64,000 bases of DNA from Phycisphaerales bacterium (GCA_044229655.1 JBGASM010000009.1:31708-95707); one strand, 5' to 3'. Shown: positions 26,792 to 36,889, counted from the stretch's first letter. Numbers and translations: made by a program. The notes: generated by a model from the letters alone, not told the origin.

Positions 26792-27589
26792 ATGCTCGCA
26801 GTACAGAGAAGACGCGAAATACTCAATCGGCTGGATGACTCCGGCTCCGTGCGGGTCACCGAACTGGCTGACAAGTTCACCGTCACGGAGGAGACCATCC
26901 GACGCGACCTGCACCGCCTCGACCAGGAAGGCAGACTCGTCCGGATACACGGCGGCGCGGTTTCAATTCACAATGATCGCCGCGAACTGCCGCTCGAAGT
27001 CCGCGAGACCATCAACCTCGATGAAAAGAAGGCGATCGCCGCCCTCGCTGTCAAGCAGATTCAAGAAGGCGATGTCATCGCATTGGATGCGTCTTCATCG
27101 GCCCGCGAACTTGCCAAGACACTGCCCGATTTCCCTCTCACCGTCGTGACCAATTGCATGGCCATCGCGGGCACGCTAACCCACCAGAAGTACATCCGAG
27201 TTCTCTCCACTGGAGGCCTGCTCGACGGGCCGTCCTCATCATTCGTTGGCCCACTCGCCGAACTCGCGCTCCAGCGCTTCAGCGTTGCCAAACTGTTCAT
27301 CTCGTGCAAGGGTGTGGACCTGGACCGCGGGCTCTCCGTCGCACTCTCGGATCATGCCGCGATCAAGCGCAAAATGATCGACCTCTCTGACAAGGTGTTC
27401 CTCCTGGTGGACAGCAGCAAATTCGGAGCCAAGTCGGTCGAGTTTTTCTGCGACCTGGCGGAAATTGACTGCGTCTTTACTGATGCGGGCGTGCCTGCCG
27501 CGGCGATTCGGGCCATGGAAAAGGGTGGGGTGGCGTTGGAGATCGCAGCGCTGCAGGCCACAAGGAAATCCCCGGACGGGAAGCGCTAG
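26792..27589 (+). CDS. DeoR/GlpR family regulator (rhamnose RhaR/YulB type)
   Basis: LADKFTVTEETIRRDL, RIHGGA, EKKAIA, DSSKFG. Confidence 0.95.
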   Translation: MLAVQRRREILNRLDDSGSVRVTELADKFTVTEETIRRDLHRLDQEGRLVRIHGGAVSIHNDRRELPLEVRETINLDEKKAIAALAVKQIQEGDVIALDASSSARELAKTLPDFPLTVVTNCMAIAGTLTHQKYIRVLSTGGLLDGPSSSFVGPLAELALQRFSVAKLFISCKGVDLDRGLSVALSDHAAIKRKMIDLSDKVFLLVDSSKFGAKSVEFFCDLAEIDCVFTDAGVPAAAIRAMEKGGVALEIAALQATRKSPDGKR

Positions 27590-27593
27590 GCAC

Positions 27594-28349
27594 GTGAGGA
27601 TTGCGCTCTTCATCACCTGCCTCACCGAGCAGTTCTATCCGCGTGTCGGCATTGCGACGGTGAAGGTGCTCGAGTATCTCGGCCACGAAGTCACATTTCC
27701 CGCTGCCCAGACCTGCTGCGGCCAGCCCATGTTCAACAACGGATTTCATGACGAGGCTCGCAACCTTGCGGTCCGCATGATCGAAGTGTTCGCCGATGCG
27801 CCGTGGGTAGTGACTCCTTCGGCCTCCTGCGCGGCGATGGTACGCGAGCACATGCCGCAGCTATTTGCAGAGCACACTCCCGCGCGCGCCCGATCCGAGG
27901 AACTTGCGCATCGCACTCTGGAATTCGTCGAGTTCCTGACGCGGTTTCACTCCGATGCGTTCGCTCGCCTTTCCCTGCCCGCCCCCGCTGCCGCCACTTT
28001 TCACCGCTCCTGCCACCTGCGCTCGCTGGGAATGTCAGATGAGGCCCTCAGCCTCACCCGTGGAATCACGAACCTGAACGTCACCCCTTTGCCTCAGGCG
28101 GACCAGTGTTGCGGCTTCGGCGGCACGTTCGCCACGGCCTATCCGGATATTTCCGGCGTCATGGTGCGCGAGAAGGCCCAGGCGATCCGCGCCACAAATG
28201 CAGACGTCGTGTTGTGTAACGAGGCCGGGTGCGCCATGAATATCGAAGGGGCATGCCGCCGCGCCGGCATCCACGCCAGATTTACTTCCACAGCCGAATT
28301 GCTGGCTGAAGCCCTGGGTCTCATGGACCGGGTCGAGGAATTTCCATGA
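27594..28349 (+). CDS. lutA: L-lactate utilization Fe-S protein LutA/LldE
   Basis: GTG start; QTCCGQP, SASC, HRSCH, QCCGFGGTF (two CCG domains). Confidence 0.92.
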   Translation: MRIALFITCLTEQFYPRVGIATVKVLEYLGHEVTFPAAQTCCGQPMFNNGFHDEARNLAVRMIEVFADAPWVVTPSASCAAMVREHMPQLFAEHTPARARSEELAHRTLEFVEFLTRFHSDAFARLSLPAPAAATFHRSCHLRSLGMSDEALSLTRGITNLNVTPLPQADQCCGFGGTFATAYPDISGVMVREKAQAIRATNADVVLCNEAGCAMNIEGACRRAGIHARFTSTAELLAEALGLMDRVEEFP

Positions 28350-29836
28350 GCGGCGCGGAAACCATTCTCGAGCCCGCGTTGCCGTTTGACATGAAGGGAC
28401 GCGCCCGTCGAGCGGGTCGCGACGTTCAACTTCAGCAGTTCGTCCACAAGGCCTCGCGCCTCAAGTATGCTGGACGCATCAACGCGTGTGTCGACGCATT
28501 CGGCGCGCGCTATGACGAGGTGCGGAGCCACGCCGGAGCAATCAAGCAGCACACCCTGGACCACCTTGACCACTACCTCGCGCAGTTCATGGCCCGCGCT
28601 GCCGAAGCCGGCGTCCAGGTGCACTGTGCAACCGATGCGGCCGAGGCCCGCGCCCTCTGCCTTGCCATCGCGCAGGCCCACAACTCCCGTCTGTGCGTCA
28701 AGAGCAAGTCCATGGTGACGGAGGAGATTCGCCTCCTGCCCGCCCTGACCGCCGCCGGCGTGCAAACCATCGAAACGGACCTCGGCGAATTCATCGTCCA
28801 ACTCGATGACGATGCCCCCAGCCACATCGTCACCCCGATGATTCACAAGGACCGCAAGGCGGTCGCCCGCGCATTCGTCCGCGAACTCGAGTCGCGCTAC
28901 ACCGAAGACCCGCGCGAGTTGACCATGATTGCCCGCGCCCACATGCGCGAACTGTACCAACGCGCCGACCTGGGCATCAGCGGCGCCAACTTCCTCATCG
29001 CCGACACCGGGTCCCTCGTGATCTGCACCAACGAGGGAAACGCGGACTTGGCCGTCAACCTTCCGCCGGTCCACATCGCCGTCGTCGGAATCGAGAAGGT
29101 GATTCCCTCCTCCGCGCACCTCCCCACGTTCCTGAAACTCCTCGCCCGCAGCGCGACCGCGCAGGCCATGACCGTCTACACCTCGGTCATCACAGGTCCG
29201 CGCACCGTGGATGAGAGCGAGGGACCGCGCCAAGTGCATGTCATCCTCCTGGACAACGGCCGGATAGACATGCTGAAGCCCGAAACACGCGAACTGCTCC
29301 GCTGCATCCGCTGCGGAGCCTGCCTCAACGCTTGCCCGGTCTATCGCAACGTCGGCGGCGGTCACGCCTACGGCGCTGTGTACTCCGGCCCCATCGGCGC
29401 AGTCATCACGCCGCTGCTCAAGGGATTGGAGAACTACCCCGATCTTCCGAAGGCGTCCTCCCTCTGCGGAGCCTGCCACACCGCCTGCCCTGTGGACATC
29501 GACATCCCGCATTTCCTTGTCCAGCACCGCCGCCAGATGGTGCAGCGGCACATCGGCTCACCTACCGATCGCCTGATTTACCGGCTCTGGGCGGCCACCC
29601 TTTCAAACCGCTTCTCCTACCTCACCGCCGCACTCCTCGCCCGACGCATCCTCCGCGCCAATGCAGACCTCACCGACGATGCGGGTGACGCGTACAGCGA
29701 CCGCGGCTGGATTCGCCATCTCGGCGGCCCGCTCTCCGGATGGACTAGCGAGCGCGACCTTCCCACCCCCACCTCGCGCGGCTTTCGCGACTGGTGGCGC
29801 GAACACTCATCTCAGCGCGCGCGGAGCACCTCATGA
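28346..29836 (+). CDS. lutB: L-lactate utilization protein LutB/LldF
   Basis: KSKSMVTEEI, ETDLGEFIVQL, TNEGN, CIRCGACLNACPVY, LCGACHTACPV. Confidence 0.95.
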   Translation: MSGAETILEPALPFDMKGRARRAGRDVQLQQFVHKASRLKYAGRINACVDAFGARYDEVRSHAGAIKQHTLDHLDHYLAQFMARAAEAGVQVHCATDAAEARALCLAIAQAHNSRLCVKSKSMVTEEIRLLPALTAAGVQTIETDLGEFIVQLDDDAPSHIVTPMIHKDRKAVARAFVRELESRYTEDPRELTMIARAHMRELYQRADLGISGANFLIADTGSLVICTNEGNADLAVNLPPVHIAVVGIEKVIPSSAHLPTFLKLLARSATAQAMTVYTSVITGPRTVDESEGPRQVHVILLDNGRIDMLKPETRELLRCIRCGACLNACPVYRNVGGGHAYGAVYSGPIGAVITPLLKGLENYPDLPKASSLCGACHTACPVDIDIPHFLVQHRRQMVQRHIGSPTDRLIYRLWAATLSNRFSYLTAALLARRILRANADLTDDAGDAYSDRGWIRHLGGPLSGWTSERDLPTPTSRGFRDWWREHSSQRARSTS

Positions 29837-30585
29837 TTCCGGCCAAACCTGGTACAACCCCCTCAGAGTTCCTTGCCCGCATTCGCGTTGCGCTCAACAA
29901 CTCCGCAACCTCCACGCGTGCGCCAAAACCTCATCCCACCAACGATGCCCTGATTCGCCTGGTCGACTGCGACCAGGACCTCAAGGCCCGTTTCACCTCT
30001 TCCGCACGTGCCGCCGGCATGCTCGTGCATGAAACGACTCCCGCTGGCGCCCTTGCCGCCCTCCGGGCGCTGCTCTTTCAATTGCGCATTGACAGGGCCA
30101 CTCTCGCCCTCAACATCAGCTCCAACTCACCCGATTGGGAAAGCGCGATCCGGCTCGCCGGCTGCCGCATTGTCCCCTGGAAGGGACCCAGCGTTCGCGA
30201 GTCCCACTTTTCCGTCGCCGCCGGCATCACCGACTGCCTCGCCGCAGTCGCCGAAACGGGCAGCCTCGTGCTCGCATCTGGGCCGTCCGCGGGCCGGAAT
30301 GCCTGGCTGGTGCCTCCCCTCCACATCGCCCTGTTGCGCACGTCGCAGATCCTGCCCGATCTTATCGACGCCATGCCCCTGCTCGCGCGCAACGAGTCGT
30401 CGCGGCGCCTGCCCGCAGCCGTCGTGTTCGTCTCCGGACCCAGCAAGACCGCCGACATAGAGGGCATTCTCATCACCGGCGTGCACGGCCCGGGTGCCGT
30501 TCATATTCTGCTCATCGACGATCAGCCCCCCCACTCTTCTTCATCCGCTCACTCATCCTCTTTCATGGAGCCCGCAACATGCTGA
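29833..30585 (+). CDS. lutC: L-lactate utilization protein LutC/LldG
   Basis: AETGS, PPLHIA, SGPSKTADIEGILITGVHGP (LUD domain). Confidence 0.92.
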   Translation: MIPAKPGTTPSEFLARIRVALNNSATSTRAPKPHPTNDALIRLVDCDQDLKARFTSSARAAGMLVHETTPAGALAALRALLFQLRIDRATLALNISSNSPDWESAIRLAGCRIVPWKGPSVRESHFSVAAGITDCLAAVAETGSLVLASGPSAGRNAWLVPPLHIALLRTSQILPDLIDAMPLLARNESSRRLPAAVVFVSGPSKTADIEGILITGVHGPGAVHILLIDDQPPHSSSSAHSSSFMEPATC

Positions 30586-32690
30586 CTTTCGCTTCTCGTC
30601 GTTCTCTTGCCGCACTCGCCGCCGCTGCAACTGTCGGCGCCGGGCTCCTCCTCTCCTGCACACGCGAGAAAACCACCTCCACCGCCTCCGCGGGCCCCTC
30701 CGCTGGCGCCGCCTCCGAACTGCCCGCTCTCAAATCCGATCCGCGCATGAACTGGTGGCGCGATGCCCGCTTCGGCCTCTTCATCCACTGGGGAATTTAC
30801 TCCGTCCCCGCCGGGCAGTGGAACGGCCGTACCGATCATGGTGAGTGGATCATGAACACCGGCCAGATTCCCATCGAGCAATATGAACCTTTCAAAGATC
30901 AGTTCAATCCGGTGAAATTCAGCGCGGATGAATGGGTGCGCTTGGCCCATGACGCCGGCATGGGATATCTCGTCATTACTTCCAAGCACCATGACGGCTT
31001 CAACATGTTCGACTCTCGATACTCCGACTACGACATCATGGCCACGCCCTTCAAACGTGACGTGATGAAGGAACTCGCTGCTGCGTGCGCCAAATACGAC
31101 GTGCGCATGTGCTTCTACCACTCCATCATGGACTGGCACCATCCCGATTACCTCCCGCGCCGTCCGTGGGAAAAACGCTCGTCGGAAGGCGCCAACTTCG
31201 ATCGCTACGTGCAATACCTTCACAACGAAGTCTCGCAGCTGCTCACCGACTACGGCCCCATCGGCATCATGTGGTTCGACGGAGAATGGGAATCCACCTG
31301 GAACCATCAGTACGGCCAGCCTCTCTACGACTTGTGCAGAAAACTGCAGCCCAATGTCATCGTGAACAACCGCGTGGACGTCGGCCGCGGTGGAATGGCC
31401 GGCATGACCGAAGACGCGGGCTACGCCGGTGACTACGGCACCCCGGAACAGGAGATCCCCGCCACCGGCATCCCCGGCGTCGATTGGGAGACCTGCATGA
31501 CCATGAACGCCAATTGGGGGTACAACAGCCACGACGACAACTGGAAGTCGACCACGGAACTGCTCCGGAATCTCTGCGATATCGCTTCCAAGGGCGGCAA
31601 CTTCCTGCTCAATGTCGGCCCCACCTCCAGCGGTGAGTTCCCCGCCGAATCAGTGGAGCGTCTGCGCGAGATCGGTCAGTGGATGAAGGTGAACGGCGAG
31701 TCCATTCACGGAACCACCGCCAGTCCGTTCTCTTCGCTGCCCTGGGGGCGTTGCACGTCCAAGGTTCGCGGCGGCGAAACAACGCTCTACCTGCAGGTCT
31801 TTGACTGGCCCACGGATGGACGTCTGATCGTGCCGGGGCTGGGCAATAGCGTCAAGGACGCTCGCATTCTTGGCCGGTCCTCCTCCCTCACCGTTGCTCG
31901 CGCCGGCGCTGATCTGGCCATCAGCGTCCCCGTTTCCGCCCCGGATTCAATCTGCTCCGTTGTGGCGTTGCGCATCATCGGCGCGCCGATTGTCTACGAG
32001 CCCCCGGTCATCACCGCGCCGGCCGACATCTTCGTTCGGCCGATCGCCGTTTCCCTTCGAGCTGGCTCGCCCGAACTCGAGATCCGGTACACGCTTGACG
32101 GCACGGACCCCTCCGACTCTGCCTCGCTCTACTCTCGCCCCGTCACCATCGCTGCCACTTCAACGCTCAAGGCTCGCACATTCCACAACGGCAAACCCGT
32201 GTCCGGAGTCTCCCAGCGGCAATTCACCCTCGCAACCCCGCGCGGTGCTGTGTATCCCCTCACTGCCAAGCCTGGCCTGACCTGTGAAGCGTTTGCGATG
32301 GATGTGAGCGCACTTCCTGACCTGTCCCAGGCCCAGCCTGAAAGCCGATTTATCGCCTCAACCGTCACGCTCGAGCCGGAAACGAAGCGCGAATTCGTCG
32401 TCAAGCGCTTCACCGGTTTCGTCAATGTCCCTGACGCAGGCGGTGATGTGTATGTCTTCGCGCTTTCGTCGGACGATGGTTCTCGTCTCATCATCCACGA
32501 TCAGGTGGTCGTCAACAACGACGGCCTGCATGGAACCGAGGAACGGACAGGAACCATCGCATTGGCCCAGGGATATCACCCGATTGTGATCGAATACTTC
32601 AACAAGGCCGGCGGAGCCCAGTTGTCCCTTCGCTATGGACGGCTCGGAGCCCCTCTGGCCGAGGTGCCGGCTTCGATGCTCAGTCACTGA
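30579..32690 (+). CDS. Alpha-L-fucosidase (GH29) lipoprotein with FN3/chitobiase-like and PA14 domains
   Basis: FGLFIHWG, TSKHHDGF, WFDG, NNR, WETCMTM, GGNFLLNVGP; IRYTLDGTDP; FALSSDDGSRL...NDGLHG (PA14); SRRSL...LLSC signal. Confidence 0.95.
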   Translation: MLTFASRRSLAALAAAATVGAGLLLSCTREKTTSTASAGPSAGAASELPALKSDPRMNWWRDARFGLFIHWGIYSVPAGQWNGRTDHGEWIMNTGQIPIEQYEPFKDQFNPVKFSADEWVRLAHDAGMGYLVITSKHHDGFNMFDSRYSDYDIMATPFKRDVMKELAAACAKYDVRMCFYHSIMDWHHPDYLPRRPWEKRSSEGANFDRYVQYLHNEVSQLLTDYGPIGIMWFDGEWESTWNHQYGQPLYDLCRKLQPNVIVNNRVDVGRGGMAGMTEDAGYAGDYGTPEQEIPATGIPGVDWETCMTMNANWGYNSHDDNWKSTTELLRNLCDIASKGGNFLLNVGPTSSGEFPAESVERLREIGQWMKVNGESIHGTTASPFSSLPWGRCTSKVRGGETTLYLQVFDWPTDGRLIVPGLGNSVKDARILGRSSSLTVARAGADLAISVPVSAPDSICSVVALRIIGAPIVYEPPVITAPADIFVRPIAVSLRAGSPELEIRYTLDGTDPSDSASLYSRPVTIAATSTLKARTFHNGKPVSGVSQRQFTLATPRGAVYPLTAKPGLTCEAFAMDVSALPDLSQAQPESRFIASTVTLEPETKREFVVKRFTGFVNVPDAGGDVYVFALSSDDGSRLIIHDQVVVNNDGLHGTEERTGTIALAQGYHPIVIEYFNKAGGAQLSLRYGRLGAPLAEVPASMLSH

Positions 32691-32702
32691 CCGAACCCAT
32701 AT

Positions 32703-33332
32703 TCATCTTGGCCCCGGCAAAGCCGCGTCCCGGCAGCACGGTGCTGGTTCTCGCGCCGGCATCACGTACCCCGGATTCTCAGCGCTCCACTTTTCGCGCT
32801 GGGTATCCGTCGCATAGTGCTTGAGCCAGAGATACGCCTCGCGCCCGCATTGCGATCCGACAAGGTCCAGGATGCATGCGCAGGCCGGCGGCCGCGCCCC
32901 TCCGATCAGCCGGCTCTCGCGCAGTGTCTCAGTCGTCAGTTGCACATAAAGGTCCCGATCCGACAGGTGGTCCGTATGCCGCAGGTAGACCTGCATGGCG
33001 GCCAGTGTCGCGGCGATGCGCTGCAGCAACGGAGAAATCTCCGCATCGCTCAGACGCGCGGGGTCAGGCAGAAGAATCCCTCGTTTGAGCAGTTCGTCCG
33101 CGTGAGTCGTCCAGACTCCGTCGTCAGTCTCCTCGGCAACTGTGTGCTCCCAGAAGGCGCGCCCCGCCTCCGGCGCAGCGGTCTTCGGCTCGATGACTCC
33201 ATCGGCTGATTCGAAAGCCGATGTCCACTGGGATGTTGACGGTGGCGCTGACGTCGGCGGACCGCCGGTGGCGTTGCCTCCGTCGCCCGCGTCCCGCATG
33301 AGGTAACCGGTCGACCAGAAGGTGCTGGTCAT
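32703..33332 (-). CDS. Hypothetical protein
   Basis: 209-aa ORF filling the gap, RBS AGGAG, conserved-looking HTDHLSDRDLY and WLKHYA segments. Confidence 0.75.
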   Translation of the reverse strand: MTSTFWSTGYLMRDAGDGGNATGGPPTSAPPSTSQWTSAFESADGVIEPKTAAPEAGRAFWEHTVAEETDDGVWTTHADELLKRGILLPDPARLSDAEISPLLQRIAATLAAMQVYLRHTDHLSDRDLYVQLTTETLRESRLIGGARPPACACILDLVGSQCGREAYLWLKHYATDTQREKWSAENPGYVMPAREPAPCCRDAALPGPR

Positions 33333-33437
33333 GGAAAGGTCTCCTTACTTGGGAAGGCCACCCTCCAATCTCCGCAAACGATCCTACGCAGGCTGCTCGC
33401 GCGGCGTCGAGGTTATGGTCACTACCATTGCCGCCTT

Positions 33438-34994
33438 ATGTCCGAACAGTCTCAACATCCGGGCCAGACTCCACCTCAGCCCTCGCCTGTCCATTCCGAC
33501 CCCGCGCAACCCGCTGAAAACACGGTCGATGGCTCCGGCCAAAGCCGCCTGCTTGCCGATCGCCGCTCCAAACTACTTCAGCTCCGCGACACGCTGCATG
33601 TTGATCCCTTTGGCAGCCGCGAGCCGGGCATTCTGTCAATTGAAGAGGCCAGAAACCGCTTCGTTGAAGGGGCGGAAGGCGATGCACGCCCGGTCGTGAA
33701 GATCGCCGGCCGGGTGATGCTGCACCGTGACAACGGCAAGCTGCAATGGATTCTGGTGCGCGACGATCGCGGCGAAGTGCAGGTGGCCTGCTCGAAGAAG
33801 GACCTCAGCGATCTGGAATTCCAGATCGCATCCCTCGCTGATCTTGGCGACATTCTCGTCGCCCAGGGGCCGATCATGAAGACCCGGACGGGAGAAATCA
33901 CAGTCTGGGCCTCGAGCATCAAGATGGGCGCAAAGTCGCTGGCCTTGCCGCCTGACAAGTTTCATGGCCTTGAGGATGAGGAACTTCGCTACCGCCGACG
34001 GTACGTGGACATGTACGTCCGACCCGAGGTCATGCACATCTTTCGTACGCGCTCTCGAATTGTGTCTGAGGTTCGGCGTTTCATGGAGGAGCGTGGATTC
34101 CTCGAAGTCGAAACTCCCATGCTCCAGACCCAGGCAGGTGGCGCAGCGGCCCGCCCCTTCGTCACCCACATGAACGCGCTGGACATTGATCTCTACATGC
34201 GCATTGCGCCCGAGTTATATCTCAAGCGCCTCCTCGTCGGGGGCATGCCGCGCGTCTTTGAAATCAACCGCAACTTCCGCAACGAGGGGGTGGACCGTTC
34301 GCACAACCCTGAGTTCACCATGATGGAGGCGTACGAGGCGTTTGGCGACTACACCACCATGATGGAACTCACCGAGTCTCTGATCCGCCGCCTCGCCCAC
34401 ATGGTGAACCCCTCGGGCGTGATTGAGTGGAACGCCCACGCCATCGATTACGCAAAGCCGTTCCGCAAGGCGACCTATCGCGAATTGTTCCAGGAGGCCA
34501 ACGGATTTGATCTCCTCGACTCGGCCCGCGTGCGCGCCAAGGCTCGCGCGATGGGCTTTGCGAAGGAAGCGACGCTGGATGACTGGTTGGTGATCAATCA
34601 CGTGTTCGAAGACACAGTTGAGGACTCGCTGATTCAGCCCACGTTCATCCTGGACTACCCCAGCGCCATCTCCCCGCTCACCCGCCCGCGCAGAGATGAT
34701 CCGCGCTTTGCGGAACGCTGGGACATCTACATCGGCGGCATCGAAGTCGGCCCCTGCTACACCGAACTCAACGACCCTGACATTCAGGAAGCCAAGTTTC
34801 GCGAACAGCTCAAGGGCGCTGATGCCGAGGAACAGACCTTCCGCACCCTGGATGAGGACTTCCTGCACGCCCTGCGCGTGGGCATGCCCCCCGCAGGTGG
34901 ACTCGGCCTGGGCATCGACCGCATCACCATGTTGCTCACCGGCTCACGGTCTTTGCGCGATGTGATCATGTTCCCCTTCATGCGCCCTCAATAG
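33438..34994 (+). CDS. lysS: Lysine--tRNA ligase (class II)
   Basis: GGAAARPFVTH, RIAPELYLKRL, FRNEG, HNPEFT, GMPPAGGLGLGIDR. Confidence 0.99.
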   Translation: MSEQSQHPGQTPPQPSPVHSDPAQPAENTVDGSGQSRLLADRRSKLLQLRDTLHVDPFGSREPGILSIEEARNRFVEGAEGDARPVVKIAGRVMLHRDNGKLQWILVRDDRGEVQVACSKKDLSDLEFQIASLADLGDILVAQGPIMKTRTGEITVWASSIKMGAKSLALPPDKFHGLEDEELRYRRRYVDMYVRPEVMHIFRTRSRIVSEVRRFMEERGFLEVETPMLQTQAGGAAARPFVTHMNALDIDLYMRIAPELYLKRLLVGGMPRVFEINRNFRNEGVDRSHNPEFTMMEAYEAFGDYTTMMELTESLIRRLAHMVNPSGVIEWNAHAIDYAKPFRKATYRELFQEANGFDLLDSARVRAKARAMGFAKEATLDDWLVINHVFEDTVEDSLIQPTFILDYPSAISPLTRPRRDDPRFAERWDIYIGGIEVGPCYTELNDPDIQEAKFREQLKGADAEEQTFRTLDEDFLHALRVGMPPAGGLGLGIDRITMLLTGSRSLRDVIMFPFMRPQ

Positions 34995-35011
34995 AAAGCG
35001 CCGCACAGGCC

Positions 35012-35494
35012 GTGATTTCTGCAGCCACGATTGTCCCCGCACGCATGATGTCCGTGAGACGGACTCAGAAAACACTCCGGAAACTGGGCGTCGAAGCCAC
35101 CTACCCGGAGGCCGCTCGCATCTGGATCTCCACGCGTCACCGATTTGGCCGAGGGAAAATTCTCCTCCTCGTCCTTGCTATGGCGTGCGTGGTGGTGGCT
35201 TGGATGGTGACTTTTATGGGCGCGTTTCGCATGAGCAACACCCTCTACGGGTGGATCATGATTGCACTCAAGATGCTGCTTCCGCTGCTGGTCCTCTTGT
35301 TTGCATTTCGCATGGCGCTGCAGATCCTGACCCGACCCGCTTTGCTCCATGTGCTGCGTGCCGAGTTCGGCCACGACCTGTGCACGAAGTGCGGATACAG
35401 CCTCCGCGGGACCACTGGCCAGGGCGGCCGTTGTTCGGAATGCGGTACGCCAGTCGCCGACATGCCTGAGTGCAGAGAATCTGCTATGGCTTGA
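35012..35494 (+). CDS. Membrane protein with C-terminal zinc ribbon
   Basis: Two TM helices, then CTKCGYSLRG...CSECG; start uncertain. Confidence 0.72.
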   Translation: MISAATIVPARMMSVRRTQKTLRKLGVEATYPEAARIWISTRHRFGRGKILLLVLAMACVVVAWMVTFMGAFRMSNTLYGWIMIALKMLLPLLVLLFAFRMALQILTRPALLHVLRAEFGHDLCTKCGYSLRGTTGQGGRCSECGTPVADMPECRESAMA

Positions 35495-35816
35495 CGCCTA
35501 CACGCAGGCGCATGCGCAGTTGCGCCAGGGCGTACACCCCTGCCTCAACCTCGGTGGCCCCCACCACTGCCCCGACCGGGTGCCCCAGCCGATCCACCCA
35601 CTCCGCCCGATAGCAGTCAAAAAGATGAATGCTGCGGATCGCCAGGTCAAATCCCAGCCGGGCAAACTCACGATGGATCCGGATCAGGCCCGGATAGAGT
35701 CGGCCGTCTGCGTGGGTTTCGCACTCGGTCGAGTCAAGCGCCGACCATCCCGAGGCATACAACTCATCGATGGCGGTATCCAGGCCCGTCGTGGATGCGG
35801 TGGCGTGTGTGGTCAT
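35484..35816 (-). CDS. Hypothetical protein (110 aa)
   Basis: ATG start, globular-looking composition. Confidence 0.7.
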   Translation of the reverse strand: MTTHATASTTGLDTAIDELYASGWSALDSTECETHADGRLYPGLIRIHREFARLGFDLAIRSIHLFDCYRAEWVDRLGHPVGAVVGATEVEAGVYALAQLRMRLRVGVKP

Positions 35817-36022
35817 GGTTCAGCGCTTTCAGTCCCGCCCCCGAACCGGACGATGCTCTTGAGTCCCCTGCTTCTCTTTGGATCATCGAGCGGATTCACG
35901 CCATCGTCAAGTGAAAAATGGCACAATCCGCTGGTCCGAGTACCCGGGGCCCTATGACCTGCGGCCCCATGGCCCGCTATCCTCCCCGCTCATTTTTCAG
36001 CCCCCCCAACGAGACCCCTTCC

Positions 36023-36874
36023 ATGAAACGCATCCTCCATCTCGCGTTCCGCAACGCCCGCATCAAGCTGATGGCGCCGTTCCGGAGGAAGGAGATGGCC
36101 CAGAGTGCAGCGCGGGACCAGGAACTCTTCAAAGAGGTGAAGACCTTCGTCTTTTTCATCGGATACCCACGTTCCGGGCACTCTTTGGTCGGTTCTCTGC
36201 TCAACGCGCACCCGGACGTCGTCATCGCCCACGAGCTGGATGCGTTCCGTCTGCTGGAGGACGGAGCGTCCCGAAATGAGTTATTCTCGAAAATCCTCAA
36301 AAGAGATCGAAAATTCGCGATGGGAGGGCAGGAATGGGCCGGCTACGGCTACTCGGTTCCGGGCGGTTTTCAGGGGAAATTCGAACATTTGTACGTGATT
36401 GGCGACAAGAAGGGCGGCCGCACCACACGACGCATCGCCGACGACCCCAGCTTGCTTGAACGCGTGCGCACCACCGTGGGGGTTCCGCTGCGGATCATCC
36501 ACATTGTGCGCAATCCCTTCGACAACATCACGACCATTTCGAGAAAACACGAGTACACCCAGGAAAAGGCGATTGATTTCTACTTTCAACTGGCCGAAGC
36601 GGCTCGAAAGGTCAGGCAGGCCAGCAAGCCGGGCGAGTACCTTGAAATGCACTTTGAAGACTTCGTGCAAAACAAGGATCAGTCGTTGCAGACGCTGTTT
36701 GAGTTCCTAGGGGTTTCCTCTACCCCCGAGTTCCGGGCACAGTGCGCGAGCATCGTCTTTGAATCACCGAAGAAGAGCCGCAGCCAGGGGAACTGGACGG
36801 ATGAGGCGAAAAAGACAGTCCTGGACAGAGCCAGGGAGTTTGACTTCCTCGCCCGGTACACCTTTGAAAACTGA
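36023..36874 (+). CDS. PAPS-dependent sulfotransferase family protein
   Basis: 5'-PSB loop FIGYPRSGHSLVGSLLNAHP, 3'-PB IVRNPFDNITT, HFEDF...LFEFLG. Confidence 0.88.
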   Translation: MKRILHLAFRNARIKLMAPFRRKEMAQSAARDQELFKEVKTFVFFIGYPRSGHSLVGSLLNAHPDVVIAHELDAFRLLEDGASRNELFSKILKRDRKFAMGGQEWAGYGYSVPGGFQGKFEHLYVIGDKKGGRTTRRIADDPSLLERVRTTVGVPLRIIHIVRNPFDNITTISRKHEYTQEKAIDFYFQLAEAARKVRQASKPGEYLEMHFEDFVQNKDQSLQTLFEFLGVSSTPEFRAQCASIVFESPKKSRSQGNWTDEAKKTVLDRAREFDFLARYTFEN

Positions 36875-36889
36875 GCGCGGCGGATGTTT

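Noticed and set aside
30135-30578. Arg-rich N-terminal extension of the fucosidase ORF
   Set aside because: Out-of-frame overlap with lutC; the real start is 30579, with GGAG RBS and signal peptide.
28139-31532. Minus-strand ORFs of 470 and 327 aa
   Set aside because: Antisense to lutB and the GH29 gene.
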